The notes beneath the pieces are model-generated. The model saw only the letters and a program-made list of their open reading frames with translations. It was not told the origin of the DNA and ran no database searches. DNA of 64,000 bases from an uncultured delta proteobacterium. GTDB taxonomy: Bacteria; Myxococcota_A; Polyangia; Fen-1088. Shown here piece after piece: positions 1 through 10,744 of the stretch; positions within the stretch are counted from its first letter, which is position 1; each line of letters opens with the position of its first letter. The position numbers were made by a program, and so were the translations under genes. The DNA lies in assembly GCA_963737265.1 (NCBI GenBank), contig CAVTRY010000011.1, forward strand, positions 384,001 to 448,000, in the 5' to 3' direction.

Positions 1-1318
1 CACGAACGCGATCGCCGTCGCGAACCCGGCAGGCGTTCGCGGGCAACGCCGCCAGGCCAGCAGGGCCGCGGCCGCCGCCGCGACGAAGCCGCACGCGCTC
101 GGCAACCGCCCGCCCGTGACGTACGCGAACGCGGCCAGGAAGCTCAAAGCGTCGTTTCGGAAGGGCTGGTGAACCTGAAGTGCCACTACGTCGTGGATGA
201 AGGCGGGCAGGTCCAAAAACGCGAATGGCAGCGTCACGATGGCCGCGACCGCGATCGCCGGGCCCGCCACAGAAACAACCCAGCGCCACCTGGTTTGGTC
301 TTCGGGTCTTGCAGGTCGCAGCAAGGGGATCAGCGGCAGCCCCAAGATCATGTACTGCTTGCATGCCAGCAGCAACCCGAGCGCGACGCCTAGCCCGGCA
401 CGAAAGCGGCAAGCACAAAATACAACCAGCGCTAGCAACGCCACTACGAAAGGCTCTGTCCAGCCTTGTTCAAGGACAAAGAAGCCGCGCGGCGAAAACA
501 GATAAAGCGCCGCCGCCGCGAGCCCGATGCGACCGCCGCGGGCCAGCGCGATGAACGTTCCGCTGGCCGTCACGGCGATGAGCTGGGAATAGCGGAAGTC
601 GCCGCCGAGGAGCGCGCCGGGTACCGCGAGCAACAGACTGAGCGTTGGGTAGGGAAAACCGAACTGCAGGCGGCCGCCCACCGACATTCCCGGTCCGTAA
701 TAGTCGGAGGTGTCGCGGTAGATATTCGGGAACGTGAGTCTGTAGGGGTTGTGCCCGTCGAGGAGGGCGGCGATTGCTTCGCGGTGGAACGTCACGACGT
801 CGATGCGTGGATCGGGCGAGTGCCTGAGCACCCAGGCGCCGAGGAGCAGGTGAAGCAAGAGGACCCCGAGCAGCGCCAGGCGGAGGCGTCGATGCTCGAA
901 TCGACTCCGAAGCGAGGAGCGCTAACGCTAGCAGAGCTCCGAGGATCCCGATGCCCGCGAGAAACGGCGCGCGCGCCGTGAGCCCGCGGACATCGAGATA
1001 GATGCCAGGCGGACACACGAGCTGTGCCACAAGTACGAGCGCCAGGGCGACCCGAAGGGATCGCTCGATGTGGGCATCGGTGCGTGCAATGGGGCGTCCC
1101 GAGGGACGCCTCCACAGCGCCCAACCGCAGGTGAGCAGGCTCGCGGCCATGACCACGAAGCCGGCCGGTTCGAGTCGCCCATTGTGGAACTGCAGCGCAA
1201 TGGCCAGTGCAGCGGCCGTCACCGTGAGAGCGACGGCTCGCTCAGCCGGTCCGTCGGGCGAAGCCGACGCTCGGGGCGATGGCGAGACGACCGGAGCGAT
1301 GGTCAGCGGGGTCGGCAT
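1..1318 (-). pseudogene. Polytopic membrane protein, GT-C/GT87 (DUF2029)-like; frameshifted near 900 and running off the window edge
   Basis: ORF 470-1318 gives TM helices, then the protein continues in another frame (RRLRLALLGVLLLHLLLGAWVLRHSPDPRIDVVTFHREAIAALLDGHNPY...GFPYP), typical of GT-C membrane glycosyltransferases. Confidence 0.55.
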
Positions 1319-1468
1319 CCGAGGCGTCTACCCCAACTTCGGTCGTGAGCCAAACCGGATTTCATCCCGTGATGACCGAATCGACGCGTGCAGGAGCTCC
1401 GGCCAGGCCCATTCCCTGACTGTCAGTCGAACCAACCCACCTGCGCGCTGATCGTGTAGCCTGTTTCA

Positions 1469-2695
1469 ATGATGGTCACGTCCAAGTTGACGACGCTCAT
1501 GCCCTGGTGGGTCGGGATCGCCATCGCAGCCAGCCTCGCGTTCTCCCGCGGATCTCTCGCAGCCGGAAACGAACCCGCGCGAATTCGCGTGGCGGCGACG
1601 CTTGTCGACGAGGTCGTTCGCGGTTTGTTGCCTATCGTCCTACTCGCCCCGCTACCTGTCCCGCCCGGAGCAAGGGACGGAGAAGCGTCTCTGGCAGAAC
1701 TACAATACTGCGGGGCGGGCGAGAAGGGCGCTGGCCATTTTCGCGCCGTGATTCGCCTCGGCGCGGGCGCCCGCGCGACCTCGCTGTTGCCGAGCGAAAA
1801 GGCGTGCGGCCAGACCCTGGCGGAGGCGGCGAAGCACGTGCCCATCGATCCTGAAACGGCGGGTGAAGTCGCGCTCGCCGATGTAGAGGCGACGTGGAAG
1901 CCCTGGGAGCTGAAGCTGGTGGTTACGCGGGTGCTCGGGCTCGGGGCTGCCCGCTCCGGGCGCTCTCGGCTCATCGCCGGGCTGGAGAGCCAGCGCGAGC
2001 TGCTTGCCATCTCCACCGCAGACTTTCGCTTCGATACCGGCGCGGGCGACACCATTGCCCTTCACGCCGCGCCCATGTTTTTCGCTTCCGCCATCGACGT
2101 CGCAATTGGCCTGCATGAAAAGGGCAGCCCTTCACCTGTCGCTGCGCGAACCGGTTCGGTTGATTCTCGTTCCTCCGCTGCCAACGTCGCCGCCGACGTG
2201 CCGATGGCCTTCTTGAATCAGCTTCTTCGACAATTGACATGGTCCAAGCCCTTGGCGACTCCCGTGAACGGCGAGACCATCGATCTTCAACATCTGTCGG
2301 TCGCCTGGGAAGGCGCTGGCCTGGCCGTGACCGGCGATGCCACGCCGCGATCAATTGGCGAAACGGTTCGCGTGACCATCGGTTTGCGTGGCGAGGATCT
2401 GGCGGTGAGCTCGGTTCGCGCGGAAGCCCGCTTGGAAGACTGCGCGGGTCAGGGCGGCTTGGCCGGCGTCGGCTGCAACCTGCAAAACGTCGCCCGCAAT
2501 GCCGCCGCCGACGCCTTCGCATCGGCGTTGACCCGGCGTCTTCAGGGTGCGCTGGTGCGCGAGCTGGCGAGCCCGCAGGAGTTTCGCTTCACCGTGGCCG
2601 GCCGCAGGTTGGTCCTGCGCGGCGATTGGCTGCGCCTCGGCTTTGGCGCCTGCGGGCTGTCGGCCACCGCGCGCCTGAAAAGCGGCGACGATTAG
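1469..2695 (+). CDS. Hypothetical exported protein
   Basis: 408-aa ORF with signal-peptide-like N-terminus; no recognised motif. Confidence 0.6.
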   Translation: MMVTSKLTTLMPWWVGIAIAASLAFSRGSLAAGNEPARIRVAATLVDEVVRGLLPIVLLAPLPVPPGARDGEASLAELQYCGAGEKGAGHFRAVIRLGAGARATSLLPSEKACGQTLAEAAKHVPIDPETAGEVALADVEATWKPWELKLVVTRVLGLGAARSGRSRLIAGLESQRELLAISTADFRFDTGAGDTIALHAAPMFFASAIDVAIGLHEKGSPSPVAARTGSVDSRSSAANVAADVPMAFLNQLLRQLTWSKPLATPVNGETIDLQHLSVAWEGAGLAVTGDATPRSIGETVRVTIGLRGEDLAVSSVRAEARLEDCAGQGGLAGVGCNLQNVARNAAADAFASALTRRLQGALVRELASPQEFRFTVAGRRLVLRGDWLRLGFGACGLSATARLKSGDD

Positions 2696-3054
2696 GGCGC
2701 GACCGCGGGCGCGCGACCGCGCAACCAGGCGGTAATTTCGGCCACCTGGTGTTCGTCGAGCTTCCCCTTATACGACGGCATCATGCCTGGCCCCTTGAAG
2801 ATGACCTCCGCGATCGCCTGATCCGTCATCTTGGGAGTCTCCTTCGTCAGATTAGGACCACGCCAAGTTCCAGTTGCGTCCCCATTGTGGCACTTGTAGC
2901 AGGTGACGTCGGCAATGGTCTGGCCGTTGAAGATCATCTGGCCTGGATCCGTCACCCTATCTTTGGGCGTTTGGGTTCCAGCGCATGAAACGAAAACACC
3001 CAGCAGCACCAGCGAGCCCACGGCGGTCCCACGAAATGCATTTGTTTTGTCCAT
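2692..3054 (-). CDS. Monoheme c-type cytochrome lipoprotein
   Basis: Hydrophobic leader ending FVSC, CYKCH heme motif, GPNL, distal Met in MMPSY. Confidence 0.85.
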   Translation of the reverse strand: MDKTNAFRGTAVGSLVLLGVFVSCAGTQTPKDRVTDPGQMIFNGQTIADVTCYKCHNGDATGTWRGPNLTKETPKMTDQAIAEVIFKGPGMMPSYKGKLDEHQVAEITAWLRGRAPAVAP

Positions 3055-3144
3055 AACGCAAAGCCTGACCACCGGTCATCTCGTCTGCAAGTCGCAATCA
3101 CATGGAAGGCCGGGGGGTGGCTGGCGGTTTTCCGCAGGCGAGCT

Positions 3145-4257
3145 TCACCGGCGACATGGGGAAGGCTTCCGCGACAGAGGGCGCGCCGTCCGCCAATCGC
3201 GCCAGTCTACCATCACGAGCTTCGCCATCCGCTTGACCGCCTTGTGCAGCCAGCCCGCGGGTCGCTTGGCGAGATCGCGCGCAATGGCGCCGCGGGCACC
3301 CTTGCTCCCGAGATGGATGTTGGCCGTTTCGTATCCCATCGCATGGAGGAGCATGGACTCGTCATGTCCCGCGGGGAGATCGGCCAGCTCGACACGGGTG
3401 CAATCAGGTGCCAGGCGGCGAACGATCCAATTGCCCTGTACGCCCACAAACGGATCGGGCACGCGAACGGCGTCTTCGATGATGTCCTGATAGTAGGTTT
3501 TGGGCTGGCCGGTCTGCGCCCGCTCCAGCAAACACGCGGAAGGCGCTAGTGCCTTCGCCTCGCGGGCAATCCGCCCGCCCCTCCAGTCGGACAGGGCGAC
3601 GAAGCGTTGACGTCCGAGGCTGCCCAGGCCGGCAACGCGGTGGACGATTCGGCTCTTCAAATTGAGCTCTGGCAAGAGATGCTGGAGCGCGCTTCTGGCA
3701 TCCTTCGGTATCGTGGCTGTTGAAGTGGAGATGCCGTCGAGCTTCTTCCAAAACGTCACCGGGTCACGCAGCTTGCCCAGCATGATCCTGCGTAGCCAGT
3801 CGTGGCTCTCGGCGAGCACGAACGGTCCGCCCCCCGCACCAAGGGCTTCGCGGTATCCGGCCAAGATCGAATCGCAGGCGCGCTTTCGCCCGAGGGACAG
3901 GTGCTCGCTCTGCACCGCGAGGTGAGCGCTGGTCGCCAGCCGAACGAGATCGATGGTCCAGGGCAGCGGAAACGCCTCGTCGAAGTCGTTCACGCCCCAG
4001 ATGAGTCGCCCCTCGCGGTCCCGCCACGTGCCAAAATTCTCCACGTGCAGATCGCCGACCGCCAGCACGGTGGGCGCTTCGGCCAAATCGGGGCACGTCT
4101 TGGGCCAAAGTTGCATCCAGCGATAGAAGGTGGCGCGGAAAAAGCAAAACACGTTCGACGCCATCAAGTCGTGTTTGCGTTTGACGTCGGCGCGAATCAG
4201 TTCCAGCTGCTGGCCGAGCCAACGCTCGTAGAGGAGAGTCGCTTTGCTGATGTCCAT
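3145..4257 (-). CDS. DUF2252 family protein (kinase-like fold)
   Basis: FFRATFY, GDLHVENFG, VNDFDEA and RVAGLGSLG motifs. Confidence 0.85.
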   Translation of the reverse strand: MDISKATLLYERWLGQQLELIRADVKRKHDLMASNVFCFFRATFYRWMQLWPKTCPDLAEAPTVLAVGDLHVENFGTWRDREGRLIWGVNDFDEAFPLPWTIDLVRLATSAHLAVQSEHLSLGRKRACDSILAGYREALGAGGGPFVLAESHDWLRRIMLGKLRDPVTFWKKLDGISTSTATIPKDARSALQHLLPELNLKSRIVHRVAGLGSLGRQRFVALSDWRGGRIAREAKALAPSACLLERAQTGQPKTYYQDIIEDAVRVPDPFVGVQGNWIVRRLAPDCTRVELADLPAGHDESMLLHAMGYETANIHLGSKGARGAIARDLAKRPAGWLHKAVKRMAKLVMVDWRDWRTARPLSRKPSPCRR

Positions 4258-4424
4258 TGCACCAAGCCTATCACCAGGAATTGCGAGCGCGAGCTTGCCC
4301 CATCGCAATCAGATCGGCTGACGAGGCTGTTTGCCTGGCCTCACTTCGAGGCTGACAACTCAAGACGTGTCCATAAATGGACCCGTCTTGAAGATCGTTG
4401 AAGGGAGGGCCGCGGCCGGCGACG

Positions 4425-5804
4425 CTAGCGCTGGCGCAACCGGGTGGTCAGGGTTGAAATCACGCTGCGCAGGCTCGGGTCGGTCACGATCGTTCGCTCA
4501 ATCTTGCGAAAAGCGCTGATGACCGTGGAATGATCGCGTCCGCCAAAACGGCTGCCGATCTCCGGGTAGCTGGTGGCGGTGAGCTGGCGCGCCAGGTACA
4601 TCGCGATCATGCGCGGATTGGCGACGGCACGGTGCCGCTTGGGTCCACGCAGGTCATTCAGACTGACCTCGAAGTACGCCGCGACTTCACGCTGAATGGC
4701 CTCGATGCTGAGGCCGGTCGGTCCGGAGGAGGCGAGGGTCTTGAGGATCTCCTCGGCAAATTCCTTGGTGATGGTGCAGCCGGTGAGCGACGAACGGGCG
4801 GAGAGCTGCACCAGGGCGCCTTCCAGCTCTCGCACGTTGGACCGCACGTAGGTAGCGATGGTCAGCGCCACGTCGTCGGGCAGGTCGATATTGTCGAGCT
4901 CGGCCTTGCGCTTGACGATGGCCATGCGGGTTTCGAGATCGGGGTGGCCAATTTCAGTGATGAGGCCCCAGGTGAAGCGACTGCGCAGCCGCTCTTCGAG
5001 ACCGGCCAACTCGGCGGGCAGCTTGTCGCAGGTGAGAACGATCTGCTTGTGCGCGTGGTGGAGCGCATTGAAGGTGTAGAAGAACTCGTCCTGGGAGCTG
5101 TCCTTGCCCGAGAGGAATTGGACGTCGTCAACCAAGAGAACGTCGGGCGCCTCGCGGTAGCGGGCGCGGAACTCCTCCATCAAATTGACACCGTAGCCGT
5201 GACCGTTGCCGGACTGGCGGCGCTGGTTCAGCATCGATCCCACGAAACCGGAGACAAACTGCTCGCAGGTGACGACCGTGATGTTCCAGTCCGGGTGTTT
5301 GCGGTGGATTTCGTGGCCGATGGCATGAAGAAGGTGGGTCTTGCCCAGCCCGACGCCGCCGTAGATGAAGAGCGGGTTGTACTTGGACGCCGGCTCTTCG
5401 GCGACCATGCGCGCCGCCGCGTGGGCAAACTGATTGGTCTGACCGACCACGAAGTTGTCGAAGCTGTAGCGGTTATCGAGTCCCTTGGGGCTCTCCGTCG
5501 GGGCACGCCGCTCGTCGACGGGAGTTGGCTCGACGGAAATCTGGGCAGCGTCCTTCGGGGCGACCTCTTCCACGATTTCGAAGTCTACCGAAAATGCGGT
5601 CTGACTTCGACTTTTGAGGTCGGAAAGAATCGCGGGCAGGTAGTGATCCTCGAACCACTCCTTCTGATAGCGGTTGGGCGCGCGTAAATGGATGCGGTCG
5701 GCTTCGATCGCGACGCAGGTGATGGGGCGCAGCCACTGATCGCGCTGGGTTGGCTTGACTTTTTCTTCCACCGCTCGGACGGCTTCGCCCCAGATTTCTA
5801 GCAT
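4425..5804 (-). CDS. dnaA: Chromosomal replication initiator DnaA
   Basis: YSFDNFVVG, NPLFIYGGVGLGKTHLL (Walker A), LLVDDVQFL, RLRSRF, NVRELEGAL, GGRDHSTV. Confidence 0.97.
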   Translation of the reverse strand: MLEIWGEAVRAVEEKVKPTQRDQWLRPITCVAIEADRIHLRAPNRYQKEWFEDHYLPAILSDLKSRSQTAFSVDFEIVEEVAPKDAAQISVEPTPVDERRAPTESPKGLDNRYSFDNFVVGQTNQFAHAAARMVAEEPASKYNPLFIYGGVGLGKTHLLHAIGHEIHRKHPDWNITVVTCEQFVSGFVGSMLNQRRQSGNGHGYGVNLMEEFRARYREAPDVLLVDDVQFLSGKDSSQDEFFYTFNALHHAHKQIVLTCDKLPAELAGLEERLRSRFTWGLITEIGHPDLETRMAIVKRKAELDNIDLPDDVALTIATYVRSNVRELEGALVQLSARSSLTGCTITKEFAEEILKTLASSGPTGLSIEAIQREVAAYFEVSLNDLRGPKRHRAVANPRMIAMYLARQLTATSYPEIGSRFGGRDHSTVISAFRKIERTIVTDPSLRSVISTLTTRLRQR

Positions 5805-5807
5805 GTG

Positions 5808-5914
5808 TTGTCCACCACCCTTGATTCTAAAAAACCGTAGCTATTGCGCGGAATTGCGCACACGAATCCACAATCTGCCAACAGCAGTCGCCAGGTGAAC
5901 TTCGGCTTTCCACA
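5808..5914. promoter_or_regulatory. Cluster of degenerate co-oriented DnaA boxes upstream of dnaA (autoregulatory region or part of oriC)
   Basis: TTGTCCACC 5808, TTGCGCACA 5854, GAATCCACA 5864, CTTTCCACA 5906 versus consensus TTWTNCACA. Confidence 0.5.
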
Positions 5915-6449
5915 CATGGGCCAAGCCATGAATCGTCACCGGCAGAGGGCTGTTACTACCAACCAGACCGGATGCCAGCAAGACCAAAAAAGAATTCTCT
6001 GCGAAGGGCCGGAGATCCGCGCCGATCGGCAGCTCGATTTTTGGACACGAACCTGTCGGCCGACCCTGGGCGACGCAGTCCAAGCTTCCAAATGCTAGGG
6101 ATCGTTAGGAAAATGAAAGGTGATGCTGGAGTCGATTTTCCCTGGTCCCCAGATTCTCGGCCAAGTCCCGTTGGCGAGAGCGCTAGCGGCCATGGCACGG
6201 GCTTTGGAACAACTTGATGACAAAATTGTGTCAAGTTTCCGACGGGATTCGCCACCCTGCACGCGCGGGATCCGCTCTTTACCGTCGGAAAGGCCTGCGA
6301 AGAAAGCGACGGATGCAGGGTTCAGCGGCGTTTGGCGAGCTTGGCGACGGGCGCGCGCGGAAAACATGCTTCGACATGGTCGCCGATGGACCGAACAGCC
6401 CTTCCTCGCGCCTCGGGCCGCTCGCAACTGCGCAATTTCACTCGGTCCG

Positions 6450-7565
6450 TCAACCCGTTCGATGCTCGAGGTGGCGCGCCACCTCGTCTGCGATGGCCAG
6501 ACACGAAGTGAGGCCGGGCGAGTCGATGCCGAAAAGGTTGAGCAATCCTGTCACGCCGTGGATCTCGCGGCCTTGCAACACGAAATCGATGAAGCCGGAG
6601 CCGGCGGGCCCGAGCTTGGGCCGCACTCCCACGAAGCCCGGCGCGAGCGCTCCGTCGGCGAGGCCGGGATAGTAGCGGCGAATGGCACGGTAGAAGGCGT
6701 CGGCGCGGTTTTCGTCGAAGGCGTAGCTGACCGCATCGACCCAGGTCGCGTCCGGGCCAAAGCGCAAGTTGCCCGCGAGATCCAGGGCAACGTGAATGCC
6801 GAGTCCGTCGGATCCGGGCAAGGGATAAACCAGCCGCCTGAACGGCGATGCACCGGAGACCGTGAAGTAATGGCCCCGGGCGAAGTAGGGCATGGGAACG
6901 AATTTTCTGTCCAAGCCGCGCAGGGAGCTAGCAACGGCCGGTGCGGAAAAACCGGCGGCATTCACCACCGTGCGAAAGCGAAAGCGGCCGGGATCGCTGC
7001 CGCCGATGTCGAGATCGATGCCGTCGTCCGCAAGCTCGCCGCCGGCAATCGGGCTGCCGAGCACGAGCTCACCGCCGGCACGGCGCACATCCTCGGCCAG
7101 CGCGCGCATCAGGCCGTGGCTGTCGACGAGCCCGGTGGACGGCGAAGCCAACGCGCGGACGCAAAATACCGACGGTTCCAGATGGAGCACCTGCTCGCGT
7201 TCGAGCCACGTCAGATCGTCGAGGCCGTTGGTGTGGCCCTGGGCCTTGTAGTGTTCGAGCTGCGGAATTTCCGCATCGTTGGTCGCGACGACGATCTTGC
7301 CGATGCGGCGCCAGGTGACGCCGCGGCTGGTGCAGTAGCTTTCGAGCAACCGACGGCCCTCGACGCACAGGCGCGCCTTGAGCGACCCCGTCGGGTAGTA
7401 GATCCCCGCGTGCATGACCTCGGAATTGCGCGAGCTCGTGTGCATGCCCGTGGCCCGCTCAGCCTCGAACAACACGACCTGACGGCCAAGCAGTGCGAGC
7501 TTGCTGGCGATGGCAAGCCCCACCACGCCGCCGCCGACGACCGCGCAATCAAGTCGTTCCGTCAT
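6450..7565 (-). CDS. FAD-dependent oxidoreductase, L-2-hydroxyglutarate oxidase (LhgO) family
   Basis: VVGGGVVG, TSSRNSEVMHAGIYY, FGIDSPGLTS. Confidence 0.85.
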   Translation of the reverse strand: MTERLDCAVVGGGVVGLAIASKLALLGRQVVLFEAERATGMHTSSRNSEVMHAGIYYPTGSLKARLCVEGRRLLESYCTSRGVTWRRIGKIVVATNDAEIPQLEHYKAQGHTNGLDDLTWLEREQVLHLEPSVFCVRALASPSTGLVDSHGLMRALAEDVRRAGGELVLGSPIAGGELADDGIDLDIGGSDPGRFRFRTVVNAAGFSAPAVASSLRGLDRKFVPMPYFARGHYFTVSGASPFRRLVYPLPGSDGLGIHVALDLAGNLRFGPDATWVDAVSYAFDENRADAFYRAIRRYYPGLADGALAPGFVGVRPKLGPAGSGFIDFVLQGREIHGVTGLLNLFGIDSPGLTSCLAIADEVARHLEHRTG

Positions 7566-7642
7566 GGGCGCCGAGACTATCCCAAGTCGGAGCTTGCTGC
7601 CTCTCGCAGGAACCGGCAGACCGCGCTAGAGTCGGCCCGACC

Positions 7643-8977
7643 ATGACTTCTACCCTGGCGGACAAGACTGTCGTACTCGGCGTGACTGGCGGCATCGCGG
7701 CATACAAGGCGGCCGAGCTGTGTCGGCTGCTCGTGAAAGCCGGCGCTCGAGTTCACGTCGTTATGACGGAGGCCGCCTGCCAGTTCATCACGCCCCTGAC
7801 GCTAGAGACGCTGTCGCGGCATCCGGTGGGACGCGATATGTTCGAGCTTGGGCAGGGCGCCACGATCGGACACATCGAGCTCGCCAGCGAAGCGGATATC
7901 ACAATCGTCGCGCCCGCCACGGCGGACGCCATCGCGCGCGTTGCCGCGGGCCTGGCAAATGATCTGCTGTCTGCCATCGTCCTTGCCACCAAGGCGCCAA
8001 TTCTTCTCGCGCCGGCCATGAACACCAACATGTGGGAAAACCCGATCACGCAGGACAACCTGGCGCGGCTGTGCAAGGGCGGTCGAGTGACCAGCGTGGG
8101 GCCGGACGCAGGCGATCTGGCGTGTGGCTGGGTCGGGGCGGGGCGCATGGTGGACGGCGAGGAAATTCTGCGCGCCGCCGAGGCGCGCTTGGGCGCGGAT
8201 ATTGTGCTGCCCGCGATGCCCGGCACCCTGGCTGGCCAGCGCGTCGTGGTGACCGCTGGGCCGACCTGGGAAGCGGTCGACGACGTACGCTTTCTCGGCA
8301 ATCGTTCGTCGGGGAAGATGGGTTTTGCCTTGGCCGAGGTCGCCGCGCGCATGGGCGCGGACGTGACGCTGGTCGCGGGGCCGGTCGCGCTGGCCACGCC
8401 CGCGGGCGTGGGCCGGCGCATTGATGTGGAATCGGCGCTGGAAATGCGCGAGGCCTTGCACAAAGGCCTCGCCCACGCCGATGTCGTCGTCATGTCCGCT
8501 GCGGTGGCGGATTTTCGCCCCGGCGTGCGCGTGCTCGGCAAGCTCTCGCGACGCAACGGCAAGAGCGCAACGTCGGTGGCGGCGCAAACAATTTCGCTCG
8601 TGCCCAACCCCGACCTCTTGGCCGAGCTCGGGCGATCGCGCCGGGGCAAGAAACCCTACCTTGTCGGCTTCGCTGCCGAAGTCGGGGTTTCCGGCGAAGC
8701 TCTGGCCGAGCGCGCCCGGCGCAAGTTGGCCGAGAAGGCTTGTGACGTGGTTGTTGCGAACGAGGTGGGGCGTCCTGGCATCGGCTTTGGCGCGGACCAA
8801 AATGCGGTGACGCTGGTCTTCACCGATGGGCGCGCCGTCGAGCTGCCGCCCGCGCGCAAAGAGGTGGTCGCGCAGGCAATCTGGGCTAGGATCGGGCCCG
8901 AGCTTACGCTTGCACCTAAGTTAGACTCCAAAGCGGACAAGAAACCCGCGCTTCGCTTGAAGGGGAAGAATGCCTAG
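7643..8977 (+). CDS. coaBC: Bifunctional phosphopantothenoylcysteine decarboxylase/synthase
   Basis: GVTGGIAAYKA, APAMNTNMW, TAGPTWEAVDDVRFLGNRSSGKMG, AAVADFRP, GFAAE. Confidence 0.95.
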   Translation: MTSTLADKTVVLGVTGGIAAYKAAELCRLLVKAGARVHVVMTEAACQFITPLTLETLSRHPVGRDMFELGQGATIGHIELASEADITIVAPATADAIARVAAGLANDLLSAIVLATKAPILLAPAMNTNMWENPITQDNLARLCKGGRVTSVGPDAGDLACGWVGAGRMVDGEEILRAAEARLGADIVLPAMPGTLAGQRVVVTAGPTWEAVDDVRFLGNRSSGKMGFALAEVAARMGADVTLVAGPVALATPAGVGRRIDVESALEMREALHKGLAHADVVVMSAAVADFRPGVRVLGKLSRRNGKSATSVAAQTISLVPNPDLLAELGRSRRGKKPYLVGFAAEVGVSGEALAERARRKLAEKACDVVVANEVGRPGIGFGADQNAVTLVFTDGRAVELPPARKEVVAQAIWARIGPELTLAPKLDSKADKKPALRLKGKNA

Positions 8978-9953
8978 CGCTTTCGTAGAAGAGAAAATCA
9001 AATCCTATAAGCCGAAGGTTCTCGAGTGTCTGCGTAGCGCGGGCGAGGTTCTGTCCGCGCGTCAGGAAATGGGCGGGAAAACCCGCGGCAACGTGCCACC
9101 ATGGCCGGGCTCGGGCGACGGCGATTTTCACGGTACCTTGGCCGCCATTTGGGTGTGGTCGCGGGCCAAGGATCTGCTTGGTGACGACCGCTTTTCTCTC
9201 TCCATTGCGTCGGCGTGGACCTTCGTGGAGTCGAGCTGGAACGACTTCATTCCGCGCTCCTTAGGTGCCCACGCGAGCGATGAAGCTGCCTACGACTGTG
9301 CCATGGTGCTGCGCGCATGGCTGGCCGGCGACGGCCCTGGCGCGCCTCTCGATGATGGCTCGCGGCGCGAGCGCGTGGCGTCGGCGGCGCGTCTGCTTGC
9401 GGCCTACGTGACCGATCTCGAAAAACCGGATGGCCGCGAGTTCAAGGATCCGGGGTTCTTGGTCTGGACCCTGGGCGAATACGCCCGCGCGGTCGGCGAT
9501 CGCGGCCTGAGCGCCAGCGCGCGCCGATTTGTCGAAGCGGCTTTCGGTATGAAAAGCCCGCCTCCCTTTGCATCCGAACCGGCCGCGCGCGACGGCCTGT
9601 TCGATTTTTCCTGCACCACCGCAACGCGCGTCCTGGCGGTCATCGGCGCCGAAGGACCGATTCCCTTCGTCGGCGCGTGGCTGCGCGAGCGCGTCGCGCC
9701 CGCGGTTCCGCCGGGCTTCGTGCCGCGACCCATGGACGAAAACACCTGGAACGCATGCGCCGCCACCACGCTCGGCTACGCGTTCTCGGTTTCGACCGAT
9801 CCCACCTTCTTCGACGCGTATAGATTGGTGATGGACGAGCTCGATCTGCGGGCGGAAAACGGCGCGCTCGGGCGCATGTCGGGCTACGCGGCAGAAACGG
9901 CGGCGACGTTTTATTACGCCATGGCTTCAGCTTCGATTCTGGGAAAGATCTAG
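8970..9953 (+). CDS. Hypothetical protein, probably all-alpha, translationally coupled to coaBC
   Basis: 327-aa ORF overlapping the coaBC stop by 8 nt; high GC3. Confidence 0.7.
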   Translation: MPSAFVEEKIKSYKPKVLECLRSAGEVLSARQEMGGKTRGNVPPWPGSGDGDFHGTLAAIWVWSRAKDLLGDDRFSLSIASAWTFVESSWNDFIPRSLGAHASDEAAYDCAMVLRAWLAGDGPGAPLDDGSRRERVASAARLLAAYVTDLEKPDGREFKDPGFLVWTLGEYARAVGDRGLSASARRFVEAAFGMKSPPPFASEPAARDGLFDFSCTTATRVLAVIGAEGPIPFVGAWLRERVAPAVPPGFVPRPMDENTWNACAATTLGYAFSVSTDPTFFDAYRLVMDELDLRAENGALGRMSGYAAETAATFYYAMASASILGKI

Positions 9954-9956
9954 ACC

Positions 9957-10736
9957 TTGTCGGACCCGAGGCATGAGCTACGCGATCTCAGTGCGGCTTT
10001 CCGCACCCATCTGGAAGCGCGCGGGCGATGCGGTCTGCTCGGCGTTTCGCGAAGGCCGTCGCCGGTGTCGCCAGCAGCCTCGACGGCGAGTCCAGATTCG
10101 ACAGCGGACGAGCCGCTGACACTGTACCCGACGCCACCGCCGGTTTCCTACGACCAAGGGCAGATCCTGCACGGCGGGCGCGGCCTGCACGCGCTTCGGG
10201 CGGAAATGGGCGACTGCCAGCGCTGCAAGTTGGCCAAGGATCGCAGCCATATCGTATTTGGCACCGGCAGTCCCGAGGCGAATCTGATGTTCGTGGGTGA
10301 GGCGCCGGGCGCCGACGAAGACGCGCAAGGCGAACCGTTCGTGGGCGCGGCGGGGCAGCTTCTGACCAAGATGATCAAGGCTATGGGCTACGAGCGCGGC
10401 GACGTCTACATCTGCAACATCATCAAGTGCCGGCCGCCGCGGAATCGCAACCCAGAAGCCGACGAGATCGAAGCTTGCCAGCAGTTTCTGCGCAAGCAGG
10501 TCGCCATCGTTCAACCGCGCGTGATCGTGGCGCTGGGCAAGTTCGCCGCGCATTTCCTGTGCGGCGACGACACGCCCATCACGCGCTTGCGCGGAAACCT
10601 GCGCACGTTTCATGAGATCCCGGTCATGCCGACCTACCACCCGGCGTTTCTCCTGCGCGACGAGAGCCGCAAAGGCGAGGCGTGGTCCGACCTCAAGCAG
10701 GTCATGGGTATCCTCAAGAACATGGGCTTGCGCTAG
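9957..10736 (+). CDS. udg: Uracil-DNA glycosylase family 4 (4Fe-4S)
   Basis: CQRC, FVGEAPGADED, GEPFVG, NIIKCRPPRNR, PTYHPAFLLR. Confidence 0.93.
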   Translation: MSDPRHELRDLSAAFRTHLEARGRCGLLGVSRRPSPVSPAASTASPDSTADEPLTLYPTPPPVSYDQGQILHGGRGLHALRAEMGDCQRCKLAKDRSHIVFGTGSPEANLMFVGEAPGADEDAQGEPFVGAAGQLLTKMIKAMGYERGDVYICNIIKCRPPRNRNPEADEIEACQQFLRKQVAIVQPRVIVALGKFAAHFLCGDDTPITRLRGNLRTFHEIPVMPTYHPAFLLRDESRKGEAWSDLKQVMGILKNMGLR

Positions 10737-10744
10737 CCTAGCCG

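Noticed and set aside
6120-7646. 508-aa plus-strand ORF and other long antisense ORFs (e.g. 4530-5687, 42979-45120, 48301-49866)
   Set aside because: High-GC shadow frames opposite well-supported genes, with no motifs
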